Source of the DNA: Octopus vulgaris | Taxonomy: Eukaryota | Direction of reading: 5' to 3' | Length of the DNA: 64,000 bases | Assembly: GCA_951406725.2 (NCBI GenBank) | Contig: OX597823.1 | Coordinates: 60,698,001-60,762,000 of the forward strand | Part shown: in pieces, positions 12,883 through 26,842 of the stretch | Layout of the letters: the number at the start of each line of letters is the position of its first letter | Numbering within the stretch: position 1 is the stretch's first letter | Made by a program: the position numbers and the translations under genes | The notes under the pieces: generated by a model | Seen by the model: only the letters and a program-made list of their open reading frames with translations | The model's database searches: none | What the model was told of the DNA's origin: nothing

Positions 12883-13727
12883 ATAATGTTGAGTTTGTGG
12901 TTCACTACATAGTTCAGTCTTACTCAAGCATGGTTTATTACTCTTTAGTATTTAACTATGCATGGAAATCGATATTTGGACAATAAATATAGGCATACAT
13001 TAGTTGTTGTTGTTGTTGTTTTTTTTTTTTATACTGTAAATTGAAATAATCTCATGTTTGTTTCAGTTGGGTTGTATTTTAATTTCTGTTTATTTGTCTA
13101 CCATATCTTAATATAATAAATGAAAATTGTTCAAGTGTTTTTTTTTTTTTGGGGTGCTTTCAAAATTCTCACCAAATGTTTAGATTTGAAGGAAAAAAAC
13201 TTTCAAGAAATAAAAGGCAAAGAAGTCTATTGTAAAAAGTGATCATGTAATTTACAAACATACACAGTATATATATATATTTTTCTTTTATATGAACACA
13301 TTTGTGTATGAGTATTTTTTTTCATCCATCTATGCTGATTGCTTCTAATATATATGTATGTATATATATATAAAGTTGTCATTTGTATAAAGGGATTAAA
13401 AAGTCGATGATGGATGATAGGCGTAGTTTCTTTTTTGTTTTATTTTATAGTCGAGGAATGTTTGACATCCATTTACGCTATATACTTTAGGATTTAAAAA
13501 GGAAAAAAAAAAAATATTGTTTCTAGAGAAATCTGAGAGAAGCTCACTCTTTTAGAAAGCAACATCTGTGTGTCTTTGTGTAGAAAAACAAAACGAAAAA
13601 CAAATCACTATTTAAAATGAATTTCTTATGCTGTATTTTCAAAATATATATATCTCTAAGATTTGATAATTTATCTTCCAACTTATATAGTTTTGCAAGT
13701 TGTATGTGATGTTTCTTTGCCATCATG

Positions 13728-13758
<31 letters not shown>

Positions 13759-13904
13759 TGTGTGTTTTTGTGTGTATATATATGTACATATATATATATG
13801 TATATATATATGTGTGTGTGTATATTTATATATATGTGTGTGTGTGTATATTTATATATGTGTGCGTGTGCATATGTATATATGTGTGTATATATATATG
13901 TACA

Positions 13905-13950
<46 letters not shown>
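13728..13950. repeat. (TG)n/(TA)n compound microsatellite
   Basis: Directly visible. Confidence 0.95.
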
Positions 13951-14029
13951 CAGCAAAATTAAGGAACGGCCATAATAGGCCATTCAACCCACTAGAAATA
14001 ACAGCCAAGGCTTCAACCGCAAAACAATA

Positions 14030-14320
14030 TTAATTCCGTAAACCAGGAGAAAATTTAAAAAACATTTACCCTGTAATACTTTATACGATGCATCGTTTCG
14101 TCTATTCTTTAATGGTAAATCAACCTGATTAAATTAAATCAAGCTAATCTTCCATAGGCCAGTAGATTCATCAGTAAAGTCAGCCAGATCGGGGCAGATA
14201 TTTTCACGAGGCAGTTCCACTACTGTCTCGGCAATATCTGACCTAAAATTTTCAAATCATCGCACTCGCGCCAAATTTATCGGCAGCAAATATAAGCTGC
14301 CGATTCCATTACGGAATTAA
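14030..14320. mobile_element. CpG-rich element with 12-bp terminal inverted repeats including TTAA
   Basis: TTAATTCCGTAA (14030-14041) and TTACGGAATTAA (14309-14320); internal hairpins. Confidence 0.5.
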
Positions 14321-14420
14321 ACAGAAAATTCATAATTAATCAATATAGGGTGGCAAAAAATTTCGCAGAATTTTTTTGCCACCAGCGGCCTAGTGGGAAA
14401 AAAGTAAATAGTCATAGATC

Positions 14421-14425
14421 GTATG

Positions 14426-14470
<45 letters not shown>

Positions 14471-14543
14471 GTATGTATATATATGTATGTATGTATATAT
14501 ATATGTATGTATATATATATATATGTGTATATATATATATATG

Positions 14544-14575
<32 letters not shown>

Positions 14576-14740
14576 TATGTATGTATATATATATATGTAT
14601 GTATATATATATATGTATGTATATATATATATGTATGTATATATATATATATGTATGTATATATATATATGTATGTATATATATATATATGTATGTATGT
14701 ATATATATGTATGTATGTATATATATATATGTATGTATAC

Positions 14741-14777
<37 letters not shown>

Positions 14778-14779
14778 TA

Positions 14780-14814
<35 letters not shown>

Positions 14815-14881
14815 GTATATGTATATACAGTAATATATATCCTTAAATCCTTAAAAATGTTTTAGCTCGAAGGCCGCGGCC

Positions 14882-14915
<34 letters not shown>
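14421..14915. repeat. (TATG)n/(TA)n microsatellite field
   Basis: Directly visible. Confidence 0.95.
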
Positions 14916-14917
<2 letters not shown>

Positions 14918-15148
14918 CAGTAATCCTTCCCCATATCGTGGTTTACCTATTGCAGTTCACCTATCATTGTTTATTATTTAAGCTTATGTTGATTCCTCTG
15001 TGGTGTTGTTTTGCATTTATAAGAAAATAGATATATACAAATTATAAAAATAATAGAAAAATTATACTGTACAATACTGTTTCTACTTACCAGATTTTCA
15101 CCTATCATGGGGGTTTTTGGAACATAACACCTGTGATAGGGAATACTG
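14918..15148. mobile_element. pogo/Tigger-like MITE
   Basis: TA|CAGTAATCC ... GGGAATACTG|TA ends. Confidence 0.65.
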
Positions 15149-18138
15149 TATATATAAAAGTGTATCTAAAGTTTTCGTAGTGAAATTGCTACAATAATTT
15201 GCTACAGTATATATACGTATATGAGGGTGAGAGAGAGTGAGAGCACACACACACTAACACATGCACATTCCTGAATGAAGTAGCAAAAGTATGTATGTAT
15301 TAGTTTAAACATTTGGCTTTTCCTGAAGTTAGTCCAAGGAGGATATTATCCCAGCCTAGGGTGGACCAATGTATTTCTTGTGTAGAGGAGGGAATTCCAA
15401 ATTGAAGCTATTTTGAAGTGCAGAATGTGTATGTGTGTGGATTTGGGGAAATAAAAGACAGTAAAGGTGATAGTGAGAAGATTAGTCTTGTGGTTTGGGT
15501 CAAGGAGCTATGAAGACATCCTGAATAGGTGGTGTTTTGGCATTGAGCTTACCTCAAGTGATTGTGCTATTTTTCTCTAATTATTAGTTTCATCAGTCCT
15601 TTTGTTTGGACATTAATTATCGTCATCTTCATTAGTTTATGGTGTTTATATGTGATAGACACATTTGTAAAACACAGCGTCCTTTTCCTCATTGGCAGAG
15701 TCATTAGAGCATTGAATGACTCGTCTTCTGCTGTTTGTTTTGGATTCTTGTATTCTGTAAACTCTGCCAATTTATTCTTTGCCTTTCATTCTTCCAGGAG
15801 TGATTGATAAAAAAGGGACCCATGTAGATTGGTGAACTGTGGGAATTATTAGGAGGTTAGACAAGAGTGCCTTGTGGCAATTGTTTTGATGCTTTGCAGT
15901 CTGTGTTTAAGGTCCATCCTAGCTTACTTTGGTGGTAAGCTTATTATTTCACTTGATTTAGCACTGCCATCTGGTCTTTGGGTGTCTTTCGGTGGAGTCC
16001 CCTTTATTAGGACTTTGGTCAAGCATTTGATTTGAGAATACCGTCCTTTGTAACATTAGTCTGAGGGATCCCTGAAAAAAAATTAAAGGGGTCATGTGTG
16101 TTACTTTTCCTCTTGACTAAGTGATAAAAGAAGAAAATAAAAAGGTACTTCTGTCATGCATTATGTAAGATCAAATGTTCTCAGGTCAAGCTTGAGCAGT
16201 TCTTAGTTTACCATTGCTAACATAGGAACCTTCTATTGTCAATTCATTGACACTATTTTCTTCACTTCGCAGCTTTTGTTTATGTCATATTTTGATATTA
16301 ATGATAGCCAATATAAATTTTGACTGGTTGGTTGGTTTCTCCAGTCACACTTTACATCATATAGAATGAGGAGGAGAGTTAACTTAAAGGATGCAGAATG
16401 AGTGCACATGTGAGGTTTAGTTGCAAGCAATGGTTTCTTTCTAAAAGATACACAAATGGAATTTTGTGGTGATATGTTTTCAATGGAGTAGACCACTATT
16501 ATGCTGATAGCACTTTGAAAAATAATAATGTATTATAAATCTACAAACGACAAAATTGTTTCATTTAATTATATTTTAAGGTAATAAATATCTTATTTTT
16601 GAAAATTTCTATTCATTTCATCATTTTTTATAATCACCAAAAAGTTTGATGATGATGATAATGTATGCCATATTTCCTGATATTACCCATAGTGGCTAAA
16701 GAATACTTCCAAAATTATCTGTTATATGATGGGAAACACTCTAGTATTTAAACAAACACATAGATTTGCTCTTACTCATTGTCAAAGTTTTGGGATTAAT
16801 TTAAATCAACTAAACCAGAATTCTTGTATTTCTTCTCTAGTTAGTATCTTACAAGTACTTTTTTTTTTATCTTGACATATTTTTTGGATTTTCGTTCAAT
16901 ATTCATAGCTATTTAGTGTTATCTGCTTTCAGACAGCATCTAATATAAATTTCAGATTCTTAGTTTGCTCATCTGACTGCAGTCTGTCTCTAAGAAAAAT
17001 AAAATATATTTGATTGTTTTCCCTGTACTATGCTTCTCTGTATTTCATGATATCATTTAGGATTGAGTATAAACTAAATAGAGGAATTGATATATAGTAA
17101 AAAAAAAAAAGTGTTATTCTGTTGTAAAATAACATTCACATTCACAACACACACATATATATATGCCTTTGTTAATTGATAAATAAGAAACAAGTAGGAA
17201 AATGGTGCTAGAACGAAAAGAATGCAAATGAATTATTGCTTACAAGGAAAGCAAAGTTTTCATTAAATGAACTTCAAAAAAATTACTTTGAATTTTTTAT
17301 TTGCAGTGTGTAAAGTATATTTCTTAAGTATCTACTAATGAGAGTAAATAGATTATATTTTTTTATAAATTCATCAATGATATATAACAATTGAACTTGA
17401 CTAGAAGATCAATAACACATTTCTATATTATGTACAGCACTGCTTAAATTGTAAATAGAACTGTTTTAACTTAAAGCACCCACAACTAATCTTAACTGGT
17501 AATTTGGTTTCTCAGCTGATTGTTCGCTAACTGGTAGTTAAACAACAACATATATAAAAACATTTGAACTAAAAATAGTTTTATTAGTCCCCTAGATTTA
17601 GCCCCAGAAAACCCTCAACTACAAACTAATCATTCGACTTGAATCTTTTTATCTATGAAATATAATTATTAATATATATTATGAATGTTTTTTCCTCAAC
17701 TTATTGGCTAAATTCAAAGCAAATGTTCCAATTTGTTCTGAAATATTTCTTAAAAACCATCTTTCACAGACACTCACACACACACACACACACACATGTG
17801 TATATGTGTGTGTGTATGCGCGCGCGTGTGTGTGTGTGTGTGCGTGCATGCGTATGTGTGTTTCTTATATCCTCTCCTACTACCGACTATTTGTAGTTGC
17901 ACACGTGAAACACCATAATTTCCTAACAGTTCCTAATTCTCTGTCAAACTACTAAGTTTGAAATAATACAGAGCTATTTCCTCAATCTATATATTAGATC
18001 AAAGAAATGTGTTTGTCTGTTATCTAGCCAAGTTCAAAACTATTGCTGTTTGACTTGCATCTAAAAATAAATAGGAATATAGATGAATAATCAAATATCA
18101 TCATCACCCTCATCATCATTTAATGTCCGTTTTTCATG

Positions 18139-18176
<38 letters not shown>

Positions 18177-18839
18177 GTATAAAATAAAAAAATATATACT
18201 TGGAGTTACTAATGGATACTGTCTCAATTAAACAATACCAATAATTCCTGTCACTGTTTATTGAAAATTTCTTTTTTTACTTTTCCTGACTAAGGACTTT
18301 TCTCTCCACAGAATATTAAATACCCAATTTAGAAGGTATTGTTTTTATTCTTGTTTATAATATTGGGAAATTTAGCAGGATAATTAATTTTTTTTCAGAG
18401 CTAAATTGTTTTATATTGACTTCCTTTTATAGCTAAAAAAAAGCATTAAATTCCACCACCCCACCACAAAAAAAAAAAAAAAGAAAAGAAAAAGAACTGT
18501 TATATACCGTCATTGATTTCAATTCTAAACATGTGCAAAAAATTGGTTTCAGTATTTTACCTTGATGATTAAAACTTATTTCTTTAACTTGTGTGAAAAA
18601 TGTAATATATAATAATTAGCTGCTTGATTGAACACTTAGCCCTCTAGCTAATGCAAGTGAAGTCTTATTAAATGCTTACTATCATTAAAGGTAAATCCGG
18701 AAAAGGTAAAGGTTTATTAGGAGGAGAAATTCTTTGATAATTTTTACCTTAAAGCTATTTTTCCTTTAGTGAGAAGGAATACAGATCTCATCAGAGTTCA
18801 GAGATTTTTGTTACTATCCTTGTAATTTATACCTGGATG

Positions 18840-19090
18840 GTTTGCTTTGATCTCCTTATCAGTCCAGACACACATACCTCACGTGACTGTGGTCAGGTCA
18901 TTCTATCTTATCCATTTTCATGTGGATGCGTTGGTGCAGTCAGAAAGAATATGGTGAGTCGTTTCATTGTACTGATTGTGTAGTTTGCTGCACCAGAGTT
19001 TTTTGAGCCATTGTTGGCATTCATTTTGGCCTCCTACTCCACTATCAAACCTTGTGAGCTTTTGACTCTGGAGGTGGTTTTTCTCACCAT
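18840..19090 (-). mobile_element. Decayed RLE-type LINE fragment (CCHC knuckle)
   Basis: Minus strand reads SKLHNQYNETTHHILSDCTNAST*KWIR*ND, the ET..HILS.C..RHD pattern also seen at 27055. Confidence 0.55.
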
Positions 19091-19199
19091 TTTCCCCGTG
19101 ATTATATTTTGGAATTCTTTGTTGATCTTTCTAATTTTTAAAGCTTTTTATTCAGTTTTTTTTTTATTTATTGGCTTCTAGTTTGTACTTTATTATTAT

Positions 19200-19460
19200 T
19201 ATTACCTCCACCTTAGTGTTTGACTGACCATGGACAAGGATGGATTTAGATGAAACTTTAGGGATGTTTGGCCTCGTGACTGGCATGAGCTGATTAGATT
19301 TTGGGATTGATCTGGTACTGGACAAAGATTCTGGATTATTTTTCCTGTTTTTTTACTTAATTTTTGAGAGCCGTCTGGTTCATTTTTAGTATTCTCGTTT
19401 GTGAGAGCAGTCAAGTTTATTTCAGATATTCATAATTTAAAAATCATCTCTGGATAATTG
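19200..19460. mobile_element. DINE-1/HINE-like non-autonomous element
   Basis: TTATTACCTCCACC start, GGATTTAGATGAAACTT and GATTAGATTTTGGG motifs typical of Helentron-associated repeats. Confidence 0.45.
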
Positions 19461-19619
19461 TTGAGTTGGCAAAAATTTATAAACCTGTAACGGACCGGTG
19501 TCCCACCTAGATGGAGAATCTATATGCCATGGAAACCTCGAAACCTGCCCTTATGAGCCAGTATGACTCGAGGCGGTAACCTTTGATTTTACCTTACTTA
19601 CTACATTACCCTTACGCTC

Positions 19620-19950
19620 TCTTACAAAAATGTGAGTAACCATATAGTTCATTTACTGCAACAGATATGTTCTACTGTGGCCCCTTTGTACATACTTTCA
19701 CTTCCCATCTCCTAGCAAAAGTCCTTCTTTTCGGGGGTTCATAATCTTACCAACTCCATGGTGACCTTACTAGTGTTTGTAGCACAAGTGAGGTACCCAG
19801 TACACACTGTAAAGTGGTTGGTATTAGAAAAGGCATCTAGCTATAGAAACCATGCCAGACTAGACAATGGAGTACATTGCAGTCTTTTAACCTGTTGGAT
19901 CTTGTCAAGCCATCCAACCTATTTCAGCATGGAACAGGAACGTTAAATGA
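19620..19950 (+). mobile_element. RTE-tailed element fragment
   Basis: CACACTGTAAAGTGGTTGG..AGCATGGAACAGGAACGTTAAATGA. Confidence 0.7.
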
Positions 19951-20859
19951 TTGGGTGGGCATGTGTGTGTATGGGGAGGGGGTGTAGATGCTCATACACA
20001 TATATAAGTACATGTATTAAGAAGTTTGCTTCTAGCCATATGGTTCAAAGAACTTTAGGAAAGTGCCTTTTACTGTGGTATCATATTTGGAAGGTAGAAA
20101 CTATGCAGCAGCCTACCTTGTTTGTATTGTGCATTTGTGCTTGTGTTTTGCATTTACACTGGTCTCAATACTAGTGTTGTATTCCTTTATGTTCTGTACC
20201 TTAGCACTTCATGGTACTCCTTTTCAGCTATGTGTACTGGAGAAAAGTCTGAAATGAAGTACCATATTCAAGGACAAAATGTATTTCTCAGTCCTAGATT
20301 TGAACTTATGACTTATGGCCTAATGGTCTTCAGTCCAACACTGAAACAGCTAGATCATTGCCTTCGCGTTGTGTTCATAGTGTTAATGTGTAATGTAACT
20401 TAAATATGTTCAATAGTAATGAAGTATAAATAATTAAAAGAAATAATTATGTTTTATATACATTTTAAGATGTTTTTAACCAGAAAATAACTTTCATTAA
20501 CGATATTTTATAAAATTCTCTTTTGTTTTTTATTTGGTATTTTTATTTCAAATAATTAGTCTAAACAACTTTTTGTGATTCAATGTTTTTACATATACTA
20601 ATCTAATTTAAAGTGAAAGATAAGTTTTTGAGAAATTTGATTTAAATAGCTGCTATAAATTTTTAATAATGTAATACATATTTTAAGAAAATTGAATTTT
20701 GTAATTCTAGTTGTGCCAGGCTAATATTTAGACATTGATATTTTACTCTGATTTTACTTTGAATTAAAAGTGTTTCAAATGAAAGCAATCAAATAAGTGA
20801 AAATGAATTTTGAGAAGACAGTACACTGATATTAGAATGGTTAGAAGTTTGCTAATAAG

Positions 20860-21185
20860 CATCATCATTATTGTCATCATCATTTTATGTCCATTTTACA
20901 CTCTGGCATGGGTTGGAGCATTGACAGGAGCTGGCAAGCCAGAAGAATATGCCAAGCTCTACTGTCTGCTTTGACATAGTTTCTATGGCTGGATTTTCTT
21001 CCTAATGCCAACAACTTTACAGAGTGTATTGGTGCTTTTATGTGGCACCAGCACTTGTGAGGTCACTATGTAACTTGCAAGACATGATCCCTGAACTGAG
21101 TAGGAAGTCATATTGAAAGACGGGGCTTTGTGCAAAATGATAAACGGTTACAGAATGAAAGAAGGACAGGAACTGCTGTCTTGTA
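20860..21185 (-). mobile_element. RTE-tailed element fragment
   Basis: (CAT)n..GGCATGGGTTGG..CCTAATGCCAAC. Confidence 0.7.
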
Positions 21186-21384
21186 AGAAAAAAAAATGTT
21201 TATTGTAATCTAGATGATTGTGCTAACTTTTGCATCACAAAGACTAGGTATGTCCTTACCCTAAATCTAGAACTCAAAAATTTCAGATGTGAAAATTCTG
21301 ATAAATCGTGTGTGAACATATTGCATGAAATGACCTTTATACAGCCAGAAGTTAAGTTTCCAAATATTGGAGACTCTGTGGAAG

Positions 21385-21585
21385 ATACCTGTGCCACACA
21401 AATGACACCTATATTGGTGGCACATAAAAGCATCCACTACACTCTTGGAGTGGTTGGCATTAGGAAGGGCAGCCAGTTGTAGAAACCATGTCAAATCAGA
21501 CTGGCATCTGGTGCAACCTTCCAGCTTGCCAGCCCCAGTCAAACCATCCAAATGGTTTGACTGGTACTGTTGACGATGATGATGA
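21385..21585 (+). mobile_element. RTE 3'-UTR fragment
   Basis: GTGGTTGGCATTAGGAAGGGCAGCCAGTTGTAGAAACC..GATGATGAT. Confidence 0.75.
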
Positions 21586-23050
21586 TTTGATTTGTCTTGT
21601 GTGTACTATCACTACTTCTACTGGTGGTACCACTACAGGTTGGCAACAGAAAGAGCACCCAGTTGCAAAAGACTGCTACAGAAAAACTACTGGGCATGGA
21701 AAAGCAGATGTGAAATGCTAATGATGATGAACTTAAGGATTTGTTAAATATAGTTTTAATCAATTGTTGTCTTAAATTAAGAATTTACATTCAAGGCATT
21801 TCATTTCCTTTTTGTTGTCAAATGTGTTTTTTATTTTTGCTTTTGTTGCTTCTTTTATTTTGGGTTTGAAGTATTTCTTTGTAAGTCATGAAATAGACTA
21901 ATTAACCACACTTCAATTTTTTTTCTTCTTTGATACAACCTTTCAATTTGTGAAATGATTTGGTTATTTTTAATTATCATTTATTTTAATGTTAGTGCCA
22001 TGTCCAAAAAAAAAAAAGGAGAAAAAAAGGGTCCTCTTTATTTTTTCCTTAGCTTTCCATTTATCCTTCATTGTGTTTCTTTTCTTAATTTGACTCATAT
22101 ATGTAAAAGATGGCACCCAAAGGTGACCAAAGATTTAATCAAATGTAGTAACGAGTTAATAAACCCATAGACAATTGACCATTTTGCCGCAAAATGAAGG
22201 GGAATGAATATATTCTATTCAATAATTATTTATTTAATAATTCAGGAATTTTTATCATTTTTCCTTTTGGATATATTTTCGTTATAATATTAAATCCCTA
22301 TCACAAATTACTACTATGTTTTTATTAATTAGATACTGTAGAAAGCAAAAACTGTGTACAATGCCAATTCTTATTAAACAAAAAGGAAATTCTTTCAGAA
22401 TTACAAAAAATCTAAGATGTATTAGTTTCCTTCAGAGTTTTGAAGAATTTCAGTTATTTATAAATATGTTTGGATTGGAATGCTTTCTAGTTCTTTCCTG
22501 ATTAAATTTTTCCTGCAAATTTTATAAGTTTAAAATTAATGGTAAATTTTATAAATACTTCATCAGTATAAGAAGGCTTCTTATAAAAACATTTGCAAAA
22601 TATATGATAGATTGAAATTTGTAACAAAACAAAAAAAAATCTTATTCAGTAGTTTGAACATAGAACTGAAGTCACTTGGCTTAAATTGTTTTATATTCTC
22701 ATTAAATTTTCATATAATATTATTCTTAATTTGAATTTTTTATTATTAGAGAAGTCAAACACAGCAGCACTCTTAAATTAAGACATTTTTTTTGCAAAGC
22801 AATGAAATAAAATATATAGGTAATTAGCTATAGGATTGTAGATTTTTCAATATTTTTCTATTTTCAAAACTAATTTAATCTAATTTAAATTAATTTTGTA
22901 AATTTTATACTCTTCTTGAAATAAAAATTAGCTTGATGCTATTTTTGGTTTCCTATAATATACAAAACTTATTCGTCTTCCAACTTTATTCCTACAATAT
23001 AAGATCCCTTTAGTGAGTTCTGTACTTACATATTACCTTTGTTTTTCTAG

Positions 23051-23118
23051 ATTGCTCAAAGCTTGTCAGCAATGCATGGATGAATATTCTAATGGCATGG
23101 AAGAAAAGTTGCCTGCAG
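23051..23118 (+). CDS. Isolated 68-nt internal coding exon of an unidentified long-intron gene (xLLKACQQCMDEYSNGMEEKLPAx)
   Basis: Acceptor ctttgtttttctag, donor CAG|gtatgt, open frame (phase 2 to phase 1), higher GC than the repeat-poor AT-rich flanks. Confidence 0.7.
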
Positions 23119-24803
23119 GTATGTGATAAAAAGAAAACATATATAATATACCAAGTTTAAAAAAAACAAAACAAAATAATCTATACAACCTAATCTCGAT
23201 AGCTAGTATAAATCTTTATTATATCATACATAAAGAAAATGACTTTAGAATTCAATAGAAAATTGAAAGAAATCAGAGCAATATCTAATATTTGCTGTAA
23301 TTTAAGTTGTTTAAATATTTAAATTAGAATTCTCAATTCTCTAGCTCTGTCTTTTCATAGTGTCATGTGTAGTTAACAATTGTACAAAAGAAATCAAGAA
23401 AATAAATCATTTTATTCCAGTGTAAAAGAGCAAAAAAATGTTAGATGAATATTTGTGATAATGTTGTATTGCAAATATATGTTTTCTATGCTGATGCATT
23501 CAGTAAGGTTAATTACATATTTGAATAATCTGAAAAATTAAATGATTTACAAAGAATTACTATATTTTTTCAATGTCAAAACATGTCTTACCGTGTATAC
23601 TCTTTTAACGGTTCCAGACAGCAGGTTGTGGCCTTGAATCTGTATTGGAGGTTTTTTTTCTTTTTGTTTTCCCTTTTTGGCTCTAAAAGTTTTATTTGTG
23701 AATATAACAGTTTTATTTGTGAAGATATTCCAAAAAGTTACCTTAATATAATAGATATTATGTAAATTATTGTATAAATATTGCATAATCTGTAGGAAAA
23801 TATCTATGAAAGTAATTCCATTTTTTTTGTTTTCTTTTAACCCACTTCAAATAACATTTGAGTTGGACAGTGCTTACTATTAATTTTCTCTTTGATTCAA
23901 ATCTGAAGACATATTTATTTTTTATCTTGTTTTGGCGGTTACATTTTTGTTATATTTTTGAGCTTCTTGGTCATTCTTTCATTTGCTTTTCTCCCATATT
24001 AGTATGAATGGTATGAAAGTGTATCTTCTAGTGATTACATTTGTAGAAACCAATGCCAGTGAGGCAAACCAGATGTCAAGATTATTATAAGTTTGATAAT
24101 GATAATAATTGAATAATCAGAGCAAACTGGTCAAAATATGTCCCAACAAGATATAAATGTTCTCACAATTGAATAAGTATCTAGTACACAGTCATTAATA
24201 TTGATTGCTACTAGTAAAAAGACTGAAACGTAGAGATGGAATCACATTTAAATAATTTTGCCAATGTTTGTACAGTTTATTTCTGATGGTTTGTGATAAT
24301 CACTGACACTACTTTTATACTATTACTGAAAATGTTATTGGTGATGATGAAAATTCTTTGGATATTTTATAATTAAAATTCTGTTGTTTGAATTTGAATG
24401 TTCATAATTTAATTATAAAGTACAACTTAAAAAACAAAAATCATATGGATACATAAATATCTGATATATTTGACAGTTCTGTTTAGTATGTTTTTAAAAA
24501 TACAGAATTTTAATGTATACCATGTTGTGTTACATTATATTTTGATTATTAATCTGTTGGATTAAGGAAGAATGGGTATAGATTTAGGATGAACTGAATC
24601 TAAGGAACATTTCATTAAAGTGAGGACTAAAAATAGAAATCCCATAGAGCCTTGCTTTTCTTTTTGCATTAAAGGTATTATCATAATTTCTTTCTAAAAC
24701 ACAATTGAATCCAAATATCCGTCTTTTTAATTATTTTTAAGGTCTTCAGATTTATCTATCAGATGTTGAAGTATCCAAGGAATTATTTCAGAATAAAGAT
24801 TTA

Positions 24804-24930
<127 letters not shown>

Positions 24931-25732
24931 AGAAAGAAAGAAAGAGAGACAGACAGTAATGAACACAAAACTTTGAAAAACACCTTGCTATAAGATCATG
25001 ACAATATAATCTCATCCAACAACGTCTGAAATGAGTTACTACACACAATCTAAGATACATTCAGAAATACATTTTCTCTATCCCTGAGAAACTCACCATT
25101 AAAACTTTTGCACTTTCATGTGTGTGTGTATATATGTGTGTGTATGGAATGATATACTTGCTCTCTCTGGTCTTTCATGGTGATCACAAACCTATAATAT
25201 ACCTACAACTGTGCTTCAAAAGTTAGGCTTTCTTTTTAAAAAGCAGTCAACACTTAAGTTCTGATTAGTTACTGACCACCTCCAATGCACAAATGGAACT
25301 CCCATTTCAATACTGTTGACATATCTGGGATGATGCAGCTGCTATGCACATACATTCATACAAACATACACACCCACACATTCTAGATCATCCACATAAC
25401 AGTAAACCTTTATTCAACCAATGTGCAACAGTCATTAACTTAGAAATGTATTATAGCCACCTGCTGTTATGTTAGTGGTGTTTTCAGACTTGAGTTGAGG
25501 AATTCTTATATATTTTTTGAATAAAATTGTGTAACCTGTATCTATATTTTACATATAACTACCACTGAGTTAATTTTGCTAAGACATTAAAAAGAAACTA
25601 AAATTGTTTTAGAGAAATAATTTAAGTGGAAAAAAACCTGAAGAAACTAAGCTTGTAAATACCATTACTTTCAAATGTTAGATCTTGTTCTTTTATAAAA
25701 TAAGTTTTAACTAAATATCATTAAAAGACTGT

Positions 25733-26042
25733 GAAGGCACGTGGCTTAGTGGTTAGGGTATTTGGCTCATGATTGTAAGGTCATGAGTTCAAGAACCAGT
25801 GGGGTGTTGTGTCCTTGAGCAAAACACCTTTCTTCACGTTGCTCCAGTTCACTCAGCTGGCAATAAAGAGTAGTACTTCAAAGGGCCAGCCTTGTCACAT
25901 ACTGTGTTACGCTGAATCTCCTTGGGAACTATTTTAAAGGTCTGTGGAGTGCTCAACTGCTTGCATGTTAACTTCATATGCAGGATGTACTGTTGATAGG
26001 ATCAAGTGGAGCCCTTGTCGTCATTGCTAACAGCGTGCCACC
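25733..26042 (+). mobile_element. tRNA-derived SINE, family C
   Basis: TGGCTTAGTGG A-box, GAGTTCAAG B-box, GTGTCCTTGAGCAAAACAC; 3' half shared with 31553. Confidence 0.8.
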
Positions 26043-26842
26043 ATTTTTTTTTATTATTAAAAGACCTTTTTATCATGGAGATCCCTAGAATATTTTCAAG
26101 AAACTTTGTCTTCTATCACTATAGCAGCACTTCTTGTTTCTCCAGAAACCTCAGCTGAACATAGGTTGCATCAGCTACATCCTGTTTAGGAAGGCTAGCA
26201 GGGACCTCCAAGTAAATAATGCATGTATGTGTGTGTGTAGGGGCAATTAATCATTTAAAAGTATTAAAGAAATGAATAAATAAAATTTTAAAGATTTTAA
26301 TATAATTGTCGCTGTATACTTATTGTATCAAGTTTTTATACTTGGTGCTTTCCTTCAATTTTTCTCATCAAGCTATAGAATATAGAGAGAGTAGGGTGGT
26401 GGAGAGAAAACCCCAAGATTGTTATTGGAAATACTGCAATTCAAATGTCAAATAGTCATGGAACCGAAATGGCTTTGAGCCGGCAACCATTTATTATTGT
26501 GTTAACATTTATTTGTTAATTTTGATACAGTTTGCCACTTGGAATTTTATGATGCATCATGTTATGATTATCATTACCTGGCACATTGGCAAATTCTGCC
26601 CAGTAGAGTGTGCAACATGGTACCTGACCTATGTGGCCCATTATCTATCTAGGATACAGAAATATGTGTTCCTCCTCCTCTTCCTCCTCATCACTATCAC
26701 CTCCACCACCACCACCACCGTTGCCACTGTCCTCACTACCATCATCAACTTCACTAGTGTCTTATGGCTAGATAATGTGAACCTATTCTAAAACTCAGAT
26801 AGACAATAATAATAATAACAGAAACAACAACAACAATAATAA

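Noticed and set aside
13700-14865. Long YI/VC/HT-rich ORFs (also near 5.0, 30-33, 39 and 55.8 kb)
   Set aside because: Translations of (TA)n/(TG)n microsatellites, not genes.
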